A DNA stretch of 64,000 nt from Candidatus Bilamarchaeaceae archaeon (GTDB lineage: Archaea; Micrarchaeota; Micrarchaeia; Anstonellales; Bilamarchaeaceae): the NCBI GenBank assembly GCA_038870635.1, contig JAVZJR010000001.1, forward strand, positions 180,839 to 244,838, written 5' to 3'. Position 1 is the stretch's first letter; the number at the start of each line of letters is the position of its first letter. Made by a program: the position numbers and the translations under genes. The notes under the pieces were generated by a model, which did not search any database, was not told where the DNA came from, and saw nothing but the letters and a program-made list of their open reading frames with translations. Positions 38,383 through 49,143 of this stretch are shown piece after piece.

Positions 38383-39450
38383 ATGGGGAAGAGTATGAAA
38401 TTAAAGATAAATGAAATCAAAAAATCAAAAGATAACACTGATAAGAATAAATCATTTTTCAAAAAAGCCAAGGATTTTTTTGTTGATAAAAAAGAAAAGA
38501 TAAAAAAAATAACCGCCGGTGTTTTGTTAGGCGCTACTTTAACATTTTATCCCGGTTATGTTAACACAGTATATGCTGAAACTTCTATAAGAGAAGAATT
38601 AAAGCCAGAAGAACTATCAAACATATTAAACGACATCAATAATAATAATGATAATAAGTACAACATACAACTAATAGACTATGATAAAATATCAGCAATC
38701 TATGAAAAGAACATAACACCGGTTAATAAAATTATAGATATCAATGAAAATAACAACACAATAATATCTTCGGATAATAATAAAAATAACAATAATGTAG
38801 TAAAAGTACCAAATTCTACTATTACCATAATCACAGAAAAGATAGAAAGTATAGAAGATAAAGCTAATGAGAATCCTAAAATCTCCAAACTTAATGTTTG
38901 GTGTATTGGCGAGAAATGCATTGGGATTAAAAAAATAGAAAATGGTATAGAAGTTATAAATCACCAAAAAATAAATAGATGTAGAACAGAAAAATATTCT
39001 ACTCAGATATGTCAAGAAATCTTTATCTACCCACCCAGATCAGAGGTTGTTGGATGGACGGGCGGGGGACCAATAGTTGTTAGGAATGATCCGTCTACCA
39101 TGCTACAAAAAAGAAAAAAAATAAATAATTGCAGCGAACCAACAATCAGTACGAAAGAAAACTGTGAAGATGCTATTGTTAAATACTATTCAACTGAGAT
39201 ATACGGATCTCGCTTTTTCATTTTTGCCACTAAGAAGGATGGTGGAATTAATTATATAATTGGAAATAGAGAAGAAGAATATAGTAATGTTATTTTGCTA
39301 AAATGGAATAATAAAGAAAATTTGGAGGTTATAGAATTATTTAACAACAACGACGCTAAAAATATAATAAATAAAATAAACAATTTAATACCAAGTGGAA
39401 CTATGGACGCCTTTTTCAATATGTATAACCCATTAACAAATAAAAAATAA
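38383..39450 (+). CDS. Hypothetical exported Asn-rich protein
   Basis: Lys-rich N-terminus, hydrophobic helix and VYA-E cleavage-like site. Confidence 0.7.
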   Translation: MGKSMKLKINEIKKSKDNTDKNKSFFKKAKDFFVDKKEKIKKITAGVLLGATLTFYPGYVNTVYAETSIREELKPEELSNILNDINNNNDNKYNIQLIDYDKISAIYEKNITPVNKIIDINENNNTIISSDNNKNNNNVVKVPNSTITIITEKIESIEDKANENPKISKLNVWCIGEKCIGIKKIENGIEVINHQKINRCRTEKYSTQICQEIFIYPPRSEVVGWTGGGPIVVRNDPSTMLQKRKKINNCSEPTISTKENCEDAIVKYYSTEIYGSRFFIFATKKDGGINYIIGNREEEYSNVILLKWNNKENLEVIELFNNNDAKNIINKINNLIPSGTMDAFFNMYNPLTNKK

Positions 39451-39513
39451 TGCAAAAAAAACTAGTAAATTCGCAATATTCCATTGAAATCTTTCCTTTT
39501 TCAAATGGAAAAT

Positions 39514-42500
39514 TTAAATTAATTCTGTCTTGTTTTTCATCTCACCCATCTCTAATTCGTCTGGTAGAAGCATGCCTTTGGTTGTTTTAGTCCTCAATGC
39601 AGTATCTAAAAGTGTTTTATAATCTTTTTCATTTCCTTTTTCCATATTCTTAATTATTAGAGGTAGGATAACACTATTTTCAAGTTCTTTTTGATAAACA
39701 TCAATGTTTTTATCTTCTATCAAAATCCTATCAAGTATTTTATTCGTCATATTTACATAGTTATCATACTTTTCAAGTAAATTAACTTTATTTCCAGCAT
39801 TTCTTGCAGGCTCTAATCTTTCATAATCTTTAAACAGAGAAGTTACATTACCAACTTCTACCCGGTATTGCTCAGGAATCTCTGCAAGTGCATCTTCCCT
39901 CACTGTTTTAGCAATATCATTATCTTTTACTTGTGACCAATAATTACTACCGATTTTTTGATTATCTGGTAGCTTATTATAAATATCAAATATATCTTGT
40001 GTTATTGGGTCATTTGGTGATAAACGTCTTTCTTTTCCTTCATCAATCGTGTATACTACTATTTTCTTTTCTTCACCAACCATCTCTTCACTTATTATAT
40101 AAACTTTTTTTGAAGTTGGATCAGTTAAAACATAACTTGTAATTTTTTCATCATCAGCACTAACTTTTGAAAAAATAAATGTGTCAACTCTATTTATTTT
40201 AGTTGATATTTGGACATCTTTTGGATCCTTTCCTATTTTATACTCCACTTCTCCGTCATCTACAATATAGCTTTTAACTCTTTTTCCTTCTTCATCAGGT
40301 ACTACTGTAATTTTAAAGCCCTCATCAGAAGTAAAAGAAATACCCTTATCAGTTTTTTCTGCATTTATAACAGGCGTAACTGTTTTACCATAATAAATTG
40401 CATCTACTTTATCATAGGGGTCCTCTGATCTAAAAGCAAAGTACTTTTTTAAGTTTTCAAGTTGTTCTTTCTCCTCCATAGCAGAAGAAAAAGATGGAGC
40501 ATTCCCATTTCTAAGAAGATCTTTAATATTTTCAATATTTTTATCTAGAGTTTTAACAACATCATTGCCAGTTTTCTCTAACTGTTTTTCTGCAGCATTA
40601 ATTTCTTTTAAAAGACTATTTATATTTTTCTGCATATTTAACTGTTCTTCTGTCAAAGGATGTTTTGCTTCAGCATAAGCAAGAGCTTCTTTTTGAGCAA
40701 TTAAGTACTCTTTTACATTTTTATAACCACCTTCTTGTATTTCCTTAGATAATTGTTCTGCACTTATTCCTAATTTTTTGGCGGTGTAATCAGCAGACAA
40801 AACTTCGGTAAACCTCTCACTAGCTGTGTTATAACTCTCCAGTGCTTTTGACAACTTTTCATCCTTCAAGTCCTTTGTTAGATTTCTAACATTTATTACT
40901 GCAGCTTCATCAATCGCCCGCACATCTTTTTCATCAATATTTTGAGATACGATGGACCTTATTTTTTCCTTTCCCACTTCTATTTCCCCTTTCACCAAAA
41001 CATTACCTATTTGGCGAAAAAAGCCTGCTTCTCTTTTATATTCTGCTAATTTATCGTTATATTTTCCTAATGCATCATTATATGCACCCACTGCAAAATC
41101 GCTTCTTTGGTTGACAACCTCTTCATAAACATTCTTTATTTTATCAAATTCAGCCCCACTTAATTTACCAGCCACACCATACACCACAATATTAGCTCCC
41201 TCTTTAGTTACTAAATATTTTTGATCCCCTATTGTGATAGAAAGATATCCAACAGTAGATATATTTTTCTCTTCAAGGTCCTTACTTAGAATAGATATCG
41301 TTTTGTTAAGTCTCTCATTGTCTTTGTCACCTCTAAAAGAAACTTTAATTTTGCCTTCTTCTTCATAAGTAATACTTCCATCAGAATTAATCGATATGAT
41401 AGTAATTGAACGGTCACCAACTTTAATTGTTTTTCCTTCTAAAGATTCCTCTTTTTTTTGGAGTTCAACAGAAACCTTTCCTTCTTTTGTGTCAAAAGTT
41501 TGTTTTATTTTCTTTTCATATTCTTCCAGGTCGTTTTTAATATCTAAGAGAAATGCTTTTTTGATTTTTATTTCAGCATTGGTAGTTAAACTTAGTTTGA
41601 AATCATTAAATTTTTCATCTACTTTCTTAAAGTCTACTAAACCAAAAGTTATTTTAGAAAATAATGTAAAAATTGGGCTCGCATATTCTTTTTCTTTTTC
41701 TTGAGAACCTAAATTTAGAGCAACACCTCCTGCTCCTCCTCCAACGCCGCCTTCTCTCCTAAAAGGAGAAATAACTACGTGAGCAGATTTCTCTAAAATT
41801 TGAACTCCAGCCTTTGCTGTAAGTTTACCAATGTCTACAAAGGTATCCTTAAGTGACATTTTTTTATCAAACGAAGAACTTATCGCCCCCCCTATATTAC
41901 CCAATCTTGAGATCGGAGAAACTATATTTTTTACTTCATCTTGGAACTTTTCTTTTGCCAACGTTCCATAAGCATCAAAGAATGAAGAACCGGCATCCAT
42001 CCTGGCTTTTATTTCTTTTATTTCATTAACAGCAGTAGCGGTACTTCTTATTGTGAATAAAACAGATGTTATAGTATAACCTGCTCCCCTACCACGACTA
42101 TCATATCTTATATGCTTTCCTACTCTTGCACCTCCAATATCAAAACCCCTGAGTGGATTTCTCCCAGTTAAGGCAAGACTCCCCCCCAGTAGCGCGAATA
42201 TTATCGCCAGAGGTAAGCAAAAAGCAGGCGTAGCTGTAATGTCTTTTTGAGGTTTGCAGTAGGAATAAAACTCAGTTGCTGGAAAAGCATGATAATTATA
42301 AATTATCTCAGTATCATAAGGATTATAAGCACCTTTAGCAAGTGGGATAGAACTAATAGTAAATGGAATATTTGGAAGGTGAACATTTATCCCGTTCAAC
42401 TCAAAACAGCATTTTCTTACTTCAGTGTCATTACAGGAACAAAAAAGAATCTGATAAGTGAAACAATCGTTTTTATATGAAGAGAAGTCGTAAGTTGCTA

Positions 42501-42750
42501 TTCCTTTTAAATCAGTAAATGTTTTTTCAAAAAAATGGTCTGAAGTGTTATACCGATGTATTATTATAGGTGTATTTACTAAGGGCGCATTGTTAGTTGC
42601 ATTATATAAATATATTTTTAGGATATAATTCGACTCATCGGAAACAACAAACATTTTTGTAGGTGTTAGGGTAGCTACTTCTTCACATTTTATACATTCT
42701 TCAGCAATAGAAAAGGAAAGCATCAATAACAAAAAAAATATTTTTCGCAT
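39514..42750 (-). CDS. Large single-pass membrane protein: Cys-rich external N-domain and a long, partly coiled-coil C-terminal region
   Basis: Signal peptide, TM segment FCLPLAIIFALLGGSLAL followed by GRNPLRGFD; divergent from the membrane-protein operon. Confidence 0.8.
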   Translation of the reverse strand: MRKIFFLLLMLSFSIAEECIKCEEVATLTPTKMFVVSDESNYILKIYLYNATNNAPLVNTPIIIHRYNTSDHFFEKTFTDLKGIATYDFSSYKNDCFTYQILFCSCNDTEVRKCCFELNGINVHLPNIPFTISSIPLAKGAYNPYDTEIIYNYHAFPATEFYSYCKPQKDITATPAFCLPLAIIFALLGGSLALTGRNPLRGFDIGGARVGKHIRYDSRGRGAGYTITSVLFTIRSTATAVNEIKEIKARMDAGSSFFDAYGTLAKEKFQDEVKNIVSPISRLGNIGGAISSSFDKKMSLKDTFVDIGKLTAKAGVQILEKSAHVVISPFRREGGVGGGAGGVALNLGSQEKEKEYASPIFTLFSKITFGLVDFKKVDEKFNDFKLSLTTNAEIKIKKAFLLDIKNDLEEYEKKIKQTFDTKEGKVSVELQKKEESLEGKTIKVGDRSITIISINSDGSITYEEEGKIKVSFRGDKDNERLNKTISILSKDLEEKNISTVGYLSITIGDQKYLVTKEGANIVVYGVAGKLSGAEFDKIKNVYEEVVNQRSDFAVGAYNDALGKYNDKLAEYKREAGFFRQIGNVLVKGEIEVGKEKIRSIVSQNIDEKDVRAIDEAAVINVRNLTKDLKDEKLSKALESYNTASERFTEVLSADYTAKKLGISAEQLSKEIQEGGYKNVKEYLIAQKEALAYAEAKHPLTEEQLNMQKNINSLLKEINAAEKQLEKTGNDVVKTLDKNIENIKDLLRNGNAPSFSSAMEEKEQLENLKKYFAFRSEDPYDKVDAIYYGKTVTPVINAEKTDKGISFTSDEGFKITVVPDEEGKRVKSYIVDDGEVEYKIGKDPKDVQISTKINRVDTFIFSKVSADDEKITSYVLTDPTSKKVYIISEEMVGEEKKIVVYTIDEGKERRLSPNDPITQDIFDIYNKLPDNQKIGSNYWSQVKDNDIAKTVREDALAEIPEQYRVEVGNVTSLFKDYERLEPARNAGNKVNLLEKYDNYVNMTNKILDRILIEDKNIDVYQKELENSVILPLIIKNMEKGNEKDYKTLLDTALRTKTTKGMLLPDELEMGEMKNKTELI

Positions 42751-42785
42751 AAATAATTTTGTTTAGTTAAATTTTAAATATTTAA

Positions 42786-44078
42786 GTGAGTATTGGAGTT
42801 ATGCGGTACCTGGCAGCATTCCTATTAACAATAGCTCTTTCTTTTGCTCAATCATGTTCACCTATAGGCACAGTGACAAATTATTTAACAAATGAGTTTA
42901 TGTCACTTTTCTTTATTACTTTGGTAATTACTGTGATTCTTCTTGCACTTATAAAAAACTTCTCTGGTCTTATAAATATGCCACAACTTGATGCATGGAT
43001 AAAAAACGAATTAAGAGAAGTAATAGTAACTGTAATTCTTTTTGTCATCATTGTTTCATCTTTTGGTGCTTTAGATTTAATTGTAAAAGCTATAACAAAT
43101 GTGGATTGTACAAGAGATGCTGCACTAAAAGCAGTCGATGGAATGGTAGAAAGGTATGATACTGCCTATCAATCTCTAATCAAAGCAATGACAAGACTAA
43201 GATTTATATCTTCCTATTCATCCTATGCATCATTAGGATTTATACTATATACAGGGATGTCAAATGCAAAATATGCAGGAGTTTACCCACTTATTAATTC
43301 GCTCTCAATGGCTGCATCCGGTTTAACTAATGGGGTATTTTTATATATGGCTATAGAAAAACTCCTAAATTTTTTTTATGTAACGATGCCAATGCTAATC
43401 CCTATTTCATTTTCTCTTCGAGCTTTTCCATTAACAAGAAGTATAGGAAATACTCTCATAGCCATTTGTATAGGACTTGTAATATTCTTTCCGCTATCAG
43501 TAATTTTAGTTGCCCAACTCAATAATATTGTAGGAGTACCAACACCCGAGATACCAAAAAATGAATTATCTGATTTGGTTGGTGGAGAACCTGGCTGGTT
43601 GATGAAAGTAGGAATTGCTGTTGCTACATCTGGCTTAGGTGAAGCAAAAGAAGGAGGTTTAGCCTCCTCTCTTCTTTCACCAGTGTGTAAAAATATGGTA
43701 ACGAGATTTGTATTTAATGTAGGTGAATATCCGTTTGGGCTCGTTGTTTGTCTACCTTTTTTAATTGCAATAGTAACAGCTCCATTTTATCCGACTTGTG
43801 TAGAAATAACGGCGAATATAATCTACCCAGCTTTAGCAGCATTAGCTAGTCTTGGTCTCGCAGCGCTTATAATGGTTGTTGATCATTTTACATTAAATTT
43901 TGATCCTGAAAAAGCTTTTAACATAATTTATGTTTTTCTTAGAGATGTCAACATATTAGTCGTTATTTCTTATGTAAATGTATTATTAATCGGATTAATA
44001 ACAATAAGTGGGATTAGATCAATATCAGCAACATTGGGAGGGGAATTATACCTCCCAGGAGTGGAGAAGTTGATATGA
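42786..44078 (+). CDS. Polytopic membrane protein, paralog 1 (CedA/VirB6-like)
   Basis: AWIKNELREV; LRAFPLTRSIGNTLIAICIG...FP; IRSISATLGGE. Confidence 0.75.
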   Translation: MSIGVMRYLAAFLLTIALSFAQSCSPIGTVTNYLTNEFMSLFFITLVITVILLALIKNFSGLINMPQLDAWIKNELREVIVTVILFVIIVSSFGALDLIVKAITNVDCTRDAALKAVDGMVERYDTAYQSLIKAMTRLRFISSYSSYASLGFILYTGMSNAKYAGVYPLINSLSMAASGLTNGVFLYMAIEKLLNFFYVTMPMLIPISFSLRAFPLTRSIGNTLIAICIGLVIFFPLSVILVAQLNNIVGVPTPEIPKNELSDLVGGEPGWLMKVGIAVATSGLGEAKEGGLASSLLSPVCKNMVTRFVFNVGEYPFGLVVCLPFLIAIVTAPFYPTCVEITANIIYPALAALASLGLAALIMVVDHFTLNFDPEKAFNIIYVFLRDVNILVVISYVNVLLIGLITISGIRSISATLGGELYLPGVEKLI

Positions 44079-45046
44079 AAAAGACACTATTTACCCTTCT
44101 TTTAATTTCAGTGTTGTTTGCGCAATGCGAAAAAGATGTCTTAAATATAGTTTTATCAGAACAAGGAACGCTTATCTCGTTAGTAATAATAATAAGCGTC
44201 ATAGGCATCGCCTTGTTATATACTTTTGGTAAATTTGCTGAGAAACCAGAATATATTGTACTGGCAAAAGACGAGCTTTATCATTTATTTTTTTCAGCGG
44301 TCTTGTTAATCGCGTTTGGCGGGATTATTTTTTTCGGTTGTTTATTATCTTCTACTATTATAGATTTTGGAAAAGACAATCTTCAAATAAAACATCCTTG
44401 CTTGGCACAATTAAATGCAAACAATGTTGCATTGTGTAGCCTTATTTCTATTGAAAAAGAAATAGATAGCATAGTATATGCGCTTACAAAACAACAATTA
44501 ACTTACTTACAAGATGCAGGATGGGCGTATAGTGCGGGTGATATTATAAAAGGAGAAACAAAAACAACTTCCATGGAAGCATATAAACGAGTTTACGCAA
44601 GTGAAATAGACATTTTACTCACTACTTATCTTTTCCCTGCAAGATTAGCCATCACAATGCAAAAAACTGCAATAACACTAATAAATGATTCTATAATTCA
44701 ATGGATTTTACCAATCGCATTTCTTTTCAGATTTTTCCCACCTTTCCGCTCAGCAGGGAATATTCTTTTAGGTATATGCTTAGCACTTTATGTACTATTT
44801 CCTTTCTTTTTAGTTTTTAATTTCCTCATGTATTATTCAGTCTTTGATGATTGCCATAAATATGCCAACATATTCGAAGATAAACCGTTAGATAAAGAAA
44901 TTGGTTCCACTGTGTGTACATCACCAATATCCATGTGGAACGTAGCGCGTTTTATTCCAATTGCCTTCTTCCTTCCTAACCTTGCAATCGCGCTCACAAT
45001 AACTTTCATTTTTGCAATTGATAGGGCTTTAAGGGTGATTGGCTGA
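44075..45046 (+). CDS. Polytopic membrane protein, paralog 2
   Basis: LAKDELYHL; FRFFPPFRSAGNILLGICLA...FP. Confidence 0.75.
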   Translation: MKKTLFTLLLISVLFAQCEKDVLNIVLSEQGTLISLVIIISVIGIALLYTFGKFAEKPEYIVLAKDELYHLFFSAVLLIAFGGIIFFGCLLSSTIIDFGKDNLQIKHPCLAQLNANNVALCSLISIEKEIDSIVYALTKQQLTYLQDAGWAYSAGDIIKGETKTTSMEAYKRVYASEIDILLTTYLFPARLAITMQKTAITLINDSIIQWILPIAFLFRFFPPFRSAGNILLGICLALYVLFPFFLVFNFLMYYSVFDDCHKYANIFEDKPLDKEIGSTVCTSPISMWNVARFIPIAFFLPNLAIALTITFIFAIDRALRVIG

Positions 45047-45057
45047 AAAAAATAATT

Positions 45058-47136
45058 TTGTTTTTGTTTATTTTTTTAATTGCGTTGGTAGGTGCACAGA
45101 ATAGTTTACAGTGTAATGGAAAAGATACAGAGGATCCATGTGCGTACCTTTCACCTCAATTATGCCAAGCGCTTAAATATTTTGAAGATTGGAAAGTAGC
45201 GGCACTTTTGGCATTAATAATCTCCACCCTAATAGTAGCCATAGCTTATATGATGGGTGCTGGCTTTGAGATGCCTGATTTAAAAGCATGGGCGACCAAT
45301 GAAATTTCACAACTAATAGCTACAGCTATAATAATTGCTGCGGTTATAGGCGTATTTACACTCCTCGATGGTATTGTTTTATTAATAGTCCAAGAGAGCA
45401 GAGTACCTAATTTAAGCTGCGCTATCGGTGAGAACTGCCTTAATAAAACTGCTTCTTTTTATCTTGACGATTACATATCAACAGCTAAAGAAGGTGCTTT
45501 GGAAGCATACAAAAAAGTAATTGAGGAAATTCAAACTACAACTACAAGGTACAATATCTATTGCAGTCAAGTAATTACACCTATACCATGCTTGCAAATC
45601 GGGAGCTCTATACCACGTGAAGGAGTAGGGAATGCGATTTTAAATAGTGAAAGAGAAACAATAGTATATGAGTATTACCAGGGGCTTTTGGCCTCGATGG
45701 AGGCTCAAAAATTCTTTGTTTCTAAAGTTGCGTTTGGGGTAGGACCGCTACTTTTGGCTATGGGTGTATTAGGTCGTGCGTTTTTCTTCACACGTCGTTT
45801 AGGCGGCCTCTTAATTGCAGTAGCGATAGGGATAATGTTTGTTTTTCCATTGATGTATATATTTGACTGGCTAACAATGCAGTTAACACTTTATGGAGAT
45901 TTGCCTTTTTCTGGATTTAGTTCTAATTGTCCTCTTGAATGCCAAAAAACAATTCCTGTTGCGTACATGGATACGACAGGTAAATTCGGCGGCGCCATCA
46001 CAGTTCAATTCAATAATACTGGTGAACTGATGAACCTCATATTTGATGAAATTAATAGAACAAAAAAATGTAGTGAAAAGCAAAATATGAAAGAAGCAAG
46101 TGAAATTGCAGCAAAACTAACAAGTGGTGAAATAGAAAAATATATTTTACCATATAGTAAGAAAACCATCGTATCTTGTGAAGGCGAAGCAAGCAAAGCA
46201 GTTGTAAAATTTACAAGTAAAAAAATGTGCATAGCAGAAGGGGAATCAGAAGATGAAATAGACTATTCCCTAAGCAAAAAAAAGGAAGACTGTCCAGAAG
46301 AAGATGAAGAAAAAAACTATACATGTCCATTGCAGTGTAGGGTGTTACCATACCCCTATTGGATACCAAAATGTGCAGAATATGGCACTCAGTTAGCTTG
46401 TAGCAAGCTTACTGAAAAATGCAAAATAATTAGATTTGTAGAGAAAGTTGATACTTTTCAGAACAATAGTTGCCCCGCAGAGTGTAAAATAATTCCACCA
46501 TTAAAAAATGACTGTAGTTCAGCAGCTATTATGACTTCTTTTTGTCCAGCCAGAATGGAAAGCCCATGTACAGTAGATGCTTGTCTTGACTCTCGTTTTG
46601 ATTGCCGTTCAAAGTATAGAACAAAAGGAACGCCATTTAAGGATTGGTTTGAGAAGCTAACATCAACATCTAAGGAAAATCCAGAAGTTGCTCTCATAGC
46701 ATTAGAGAAGTGTAGTTTTGCTACCACATGTGCAGGTTTCGATTTTAAAGCAGATAACACAAATAATTACAAAAACACGTTGGATATAGCTAAAAAAAGT
46801 TGTATTTATATATACCCAGATCCTAATAACCCATCGTGCAGTGGTTGTGTATTCACAGAAAAAGCATATCTTTACGATCCGGTAATACGACCAGATGATG
46901 AATGCAAAGATTTGTGCTCTTCTAAACCAACAGGAAAAAAACAGACAGGAGCAAATGCACCTTTGCTCGTAGAAGGTAACGTAGGACCAACTATTCTTAC
47001 TGATGTAGCCAAACTACTAGTACCTGTGTACCTATTACCTTTATTTAACATACTTGTAACTGTAATGTTTATTCGTTCCTTCTCAAGATTCTTAGGCGGT
47101 GATATAGAGATACCTGGATTGGCGAAGGTGTTGTAA
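45058..47136 (+). CDS. Polytopic membrane protein, paralog 3, with a large Cys-rich external insertion
   Basis: AWATNEISQL; RAFFFTRRLGGLLIAVAIG...FP; repeated CP.EC/CP.QC; IRSFSRFLGGD. Confidence 0.78.
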   Translation: MFLFIFLIALVGAQNSLQCNGKDTEDPCAYLSPQLCQALKYFEDWKVAALLALIISTLIVAIAYMMGAGFEMPDLKAWATNEISQLIATAIIIAAVIGVFTLLDGIVLLIVQESRVPNLSCAIGENCLNKTASFYLDDYISTAKEGALEAYKKVIEEIQTTTTRYNIYCSQVITPIPCLQIGSSIPREGVGNAILNSERETIVYEYYQGLLASMEAQKFFVSKVAFGVGPLLLAMGVLGRAFFFTRRLGGLLIAVAIGIMFVFPLMYIFDWLTMQLTLYGDLPFSGFSSNCPLECQKTIPVAYMDTTGKFGGAITVQFNNTGELMNLIFDEINRTKKCSEKQNMKEASEIAAKLTSGEIEKYILPYSKKTIVSCEGEASKAVVKFTSKKMCIAEGESEDEIDYSLSKKKEDCPEEDEEKNYTCPLQCRVLPYPYWIPKCAEYGTQLACSKLTEKCKIIRFVEKVDTFQNNSCPAECKIIPPLKNDCSSAAIMTSFCPARMESPCTVDACLDSRFDCRSKYRTKGTPFKDWFEKLTSTSKENPEVALIALEKCSFATTCAGFDFKADNTNNYKNTLDIAKKSCIYIYPDPNNPSCSGCVFTEKAYLYDPVIRPDDECKDLCSSKPTGKKQTGANAPLLVEGNVGPTILTDVAKLLVPVYLLPLFNILVTVMFIRSFSRFLGGDIEIPGLAKVL

Positions 47137-48098
47137 TGAAAAAAATAATTATTTTGTTACTTTTGATTTTACTCGCGTATGCGGCAAACCCTAGTCAAAA
47201 ATTCCAAAAACCACTTCTCATAGAAACGGGTGCGACTGCAATAATTTTCTCTACATTAATATTAACACTTCTATATATGATAGGGCATGGGTTCAACATA
47301 CAAACACTTGTAATGAGCAGTAAAGACGAATTATACCACCTTATAATATCAATCATTTTGCTTGGAAGTTTTGTTTTAATCTCTCTATCTCTAGATAGTT
47401 TTATTGGCGGTAACGGCCTGTGGTGGGATGCTAGTAGCAAAATAGAGAAGGTTTCCTTAGGATTTAGAGTGATATTAAGTGGCATCCATTCTTTTGAAAA
47501 TGTAGCGATAGAAGGAACAGAAACATTAAGTTGCCAGTTTTTCAGTGCATCGTTAACAATGTCTCCTTGTGGTGGCTACTCCGCTCTCACACCGCCAGCA
47601 AACACAGCCAACTCCATACTTAGCATGGTTTTAGTTTCTTATTATGTAATACAAAATTTGTTATTGTTAGGTGTAGGCCCTGGTATAAATATTATATTCC
47701 CTCTTGGAATATTTTTTTACTCTTTTAAGTTCACAAGACCAGCTGGCTCGGTTTTAATTGCAATAGCATTTTCTTTATATGTTTTATTACCATTAATGAT
47801 AATAGTTGTAGAAGGAATTTATGACAAATATACACAAAACATAACAATTTCCAGTAAAGCACCTGAAGCGAAGGTAATAGGATGTACTGCAGACGATAGA
47901 ATTTCAACAAGTGAAAACAATGCTTTGGAGACTTATAAAAATATGAAAAAATTTTTAGAGTATCACATGGAAGTAGTGCTAATAAAAGGTTTAATCTTTC
48001 CAATAGTCTATATACTTTCATTAGCTGCTGGAATAAGAGGAATCGCGGCTGTTGCAGGTATTGAGGTGGACGTATCTGCGATATCGAGGTTGATGTGA
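47136..48098 (+). CDS. Polytopic membrane protein, paralog 4
   Basis: SKDELYHL; FKFTRPAGSVLIAIAFSLY..LP; IRGIAAVAGIE. Confidence 0.75.
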   Translation: MKKIIILLLLILLAYAANPSQKFQKPLLIETGATAIIFSTLILTLLYMIGHGFNIQTLVMSSKDELYHLIISIILLGSFVLISLSLDSFIGGNGLWWDASSKIEKVSLGFRVILSGIHSFENVAIEGTETLSCQFFSASLTMSPCGGYSALTPPANTANSILSMVLVSYYVIQNLLLLGVGPGINIIFPLGIFFYSFKFTRPAGSVLIAIAFSLYVLLPLMIIVVEGIYDKYTQNITISSKAPEAKVIGCTADDRISTSENNALETYKNMKKFLEYHMEVVLIKGLIFPIVYILSLAAGIRGIAAVAGIEVDVSAISRLM

Positions 48099-49141
48099 TG
48101 GTTGGAGTTTGTGAAGGTTTTCTTGCTGGCGGCGGTATAATATACAACTCCATCCTTCCACTTGCAGGTTTTGCTGCGCTTATTACAATAATTGCTATAG
48201 TAATTGCGTATTATATAGGAACATTTATAGATAACCCAAAAGTAACAGTTTGGGCAAAAACAGAGATTGTACAGGTTTTTATTTCAGTATTGGCGGTTAT
48301 TATAATAATCGCAGGCATGCAATCTTTTTGTGCAATAGATTCTGGTGCTATAAGAGAAATTGTTGGGAGTAAAAACAACATAAAAGGAAACATCTTTGAT
48401 GAAGCTGAAAGTTATTTAGTTAATACTACTTCGTATGGCCACTATGCTATGGGTGTAACAAGATACTATCTTTCAGCATATGCTATTTTTATATATAGAT
48501 ATACTTTCTCCTGTGATTTATGGGGACTAGGTTGTCTTTTTGGTGGAAGCGGAACTTCGTACTCCAGTTTAGCTAATTATGGTGGTAAATATGGTTCATT
48601 AAATATGCTTTTTGGATCGACAGTCCTATATTTTCTAACTTCTGCAAATATGTTGTTTATTTTATTATTCACTTACAAAGGATTTATTCTTTTTTTCTTA
48701 CCTCTTGCCATCATCATTCGTTCTCTTCCATATTTACGATCGCTCGGGTCGGTTTTAATAGCTATATGCATTTCTTTTTTTCTCGTCTATCCGCTTGTCC
48801 TTTCAGTATTTTCTGTTGCAACGGACAACCTGTTTTACAAGCCGATTGTTTTAAAAGAAGAAAAATTCGAATCAAAGAGCGGCTCAAGTGAATTATTTTA
48901 TGGCTCGATACTAGGAGCTCTTGGTACCTCTGTTTATACAAATGACAACGTCCTGAAAGAAGATTTATTTGTTAATGGAAAGGATGACTACATTGAAGTA
49001 TTAAAGATAATAGCTACTGCTTTCGTTATATCTTTTGTTCTTCCTTCCTTAGCACTTGCGATAACACTTGCAAGCATTAGATATTTCGGAAGACTATATG
49101 GTGAGGATGTTGATTTAAGTAGATTATCACAATTGGTGTAA
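48095..49141 (+). CDS. Polytopic membrane protein, paralog 5
   Basis: VWAKTEIVQV; RSLPYLRSLGSVLIAICIS...YP; IRYFGRLYGED. Confidence 0.75.
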   Translation: MMVGVCEGFLAGGGIIYNSILPLAGFAALITIIAIVIAYYIGTFIDNPKVTVWAKTEIVQVFISVLAVIIIIAGMQSFCAIDSGAIREIVGSKNNIKGNIFDEAESYLVNTTSYGHYAMGVTRYYLSAYAIFIYRYTFSCDLWGLGCLFGGSGTSYSSLANYGGKYGSLNMLFGSTVLYFLTSANMLFILLFTYKGFILFFLPLAIIIRSLPYLRSLGSVLIAICISFFLVYPLVLSVFSVATDNLFYKPIVLKEEKFESKSGSSELFYGSILGALGTSVYTNDNVLKEDLFVNGKDDYIEVLKIIATAFVISFVLPSLALAITLASIRYFGRLYGEDVDLSRLSQLV

Positions 49142-49143
49142 TT

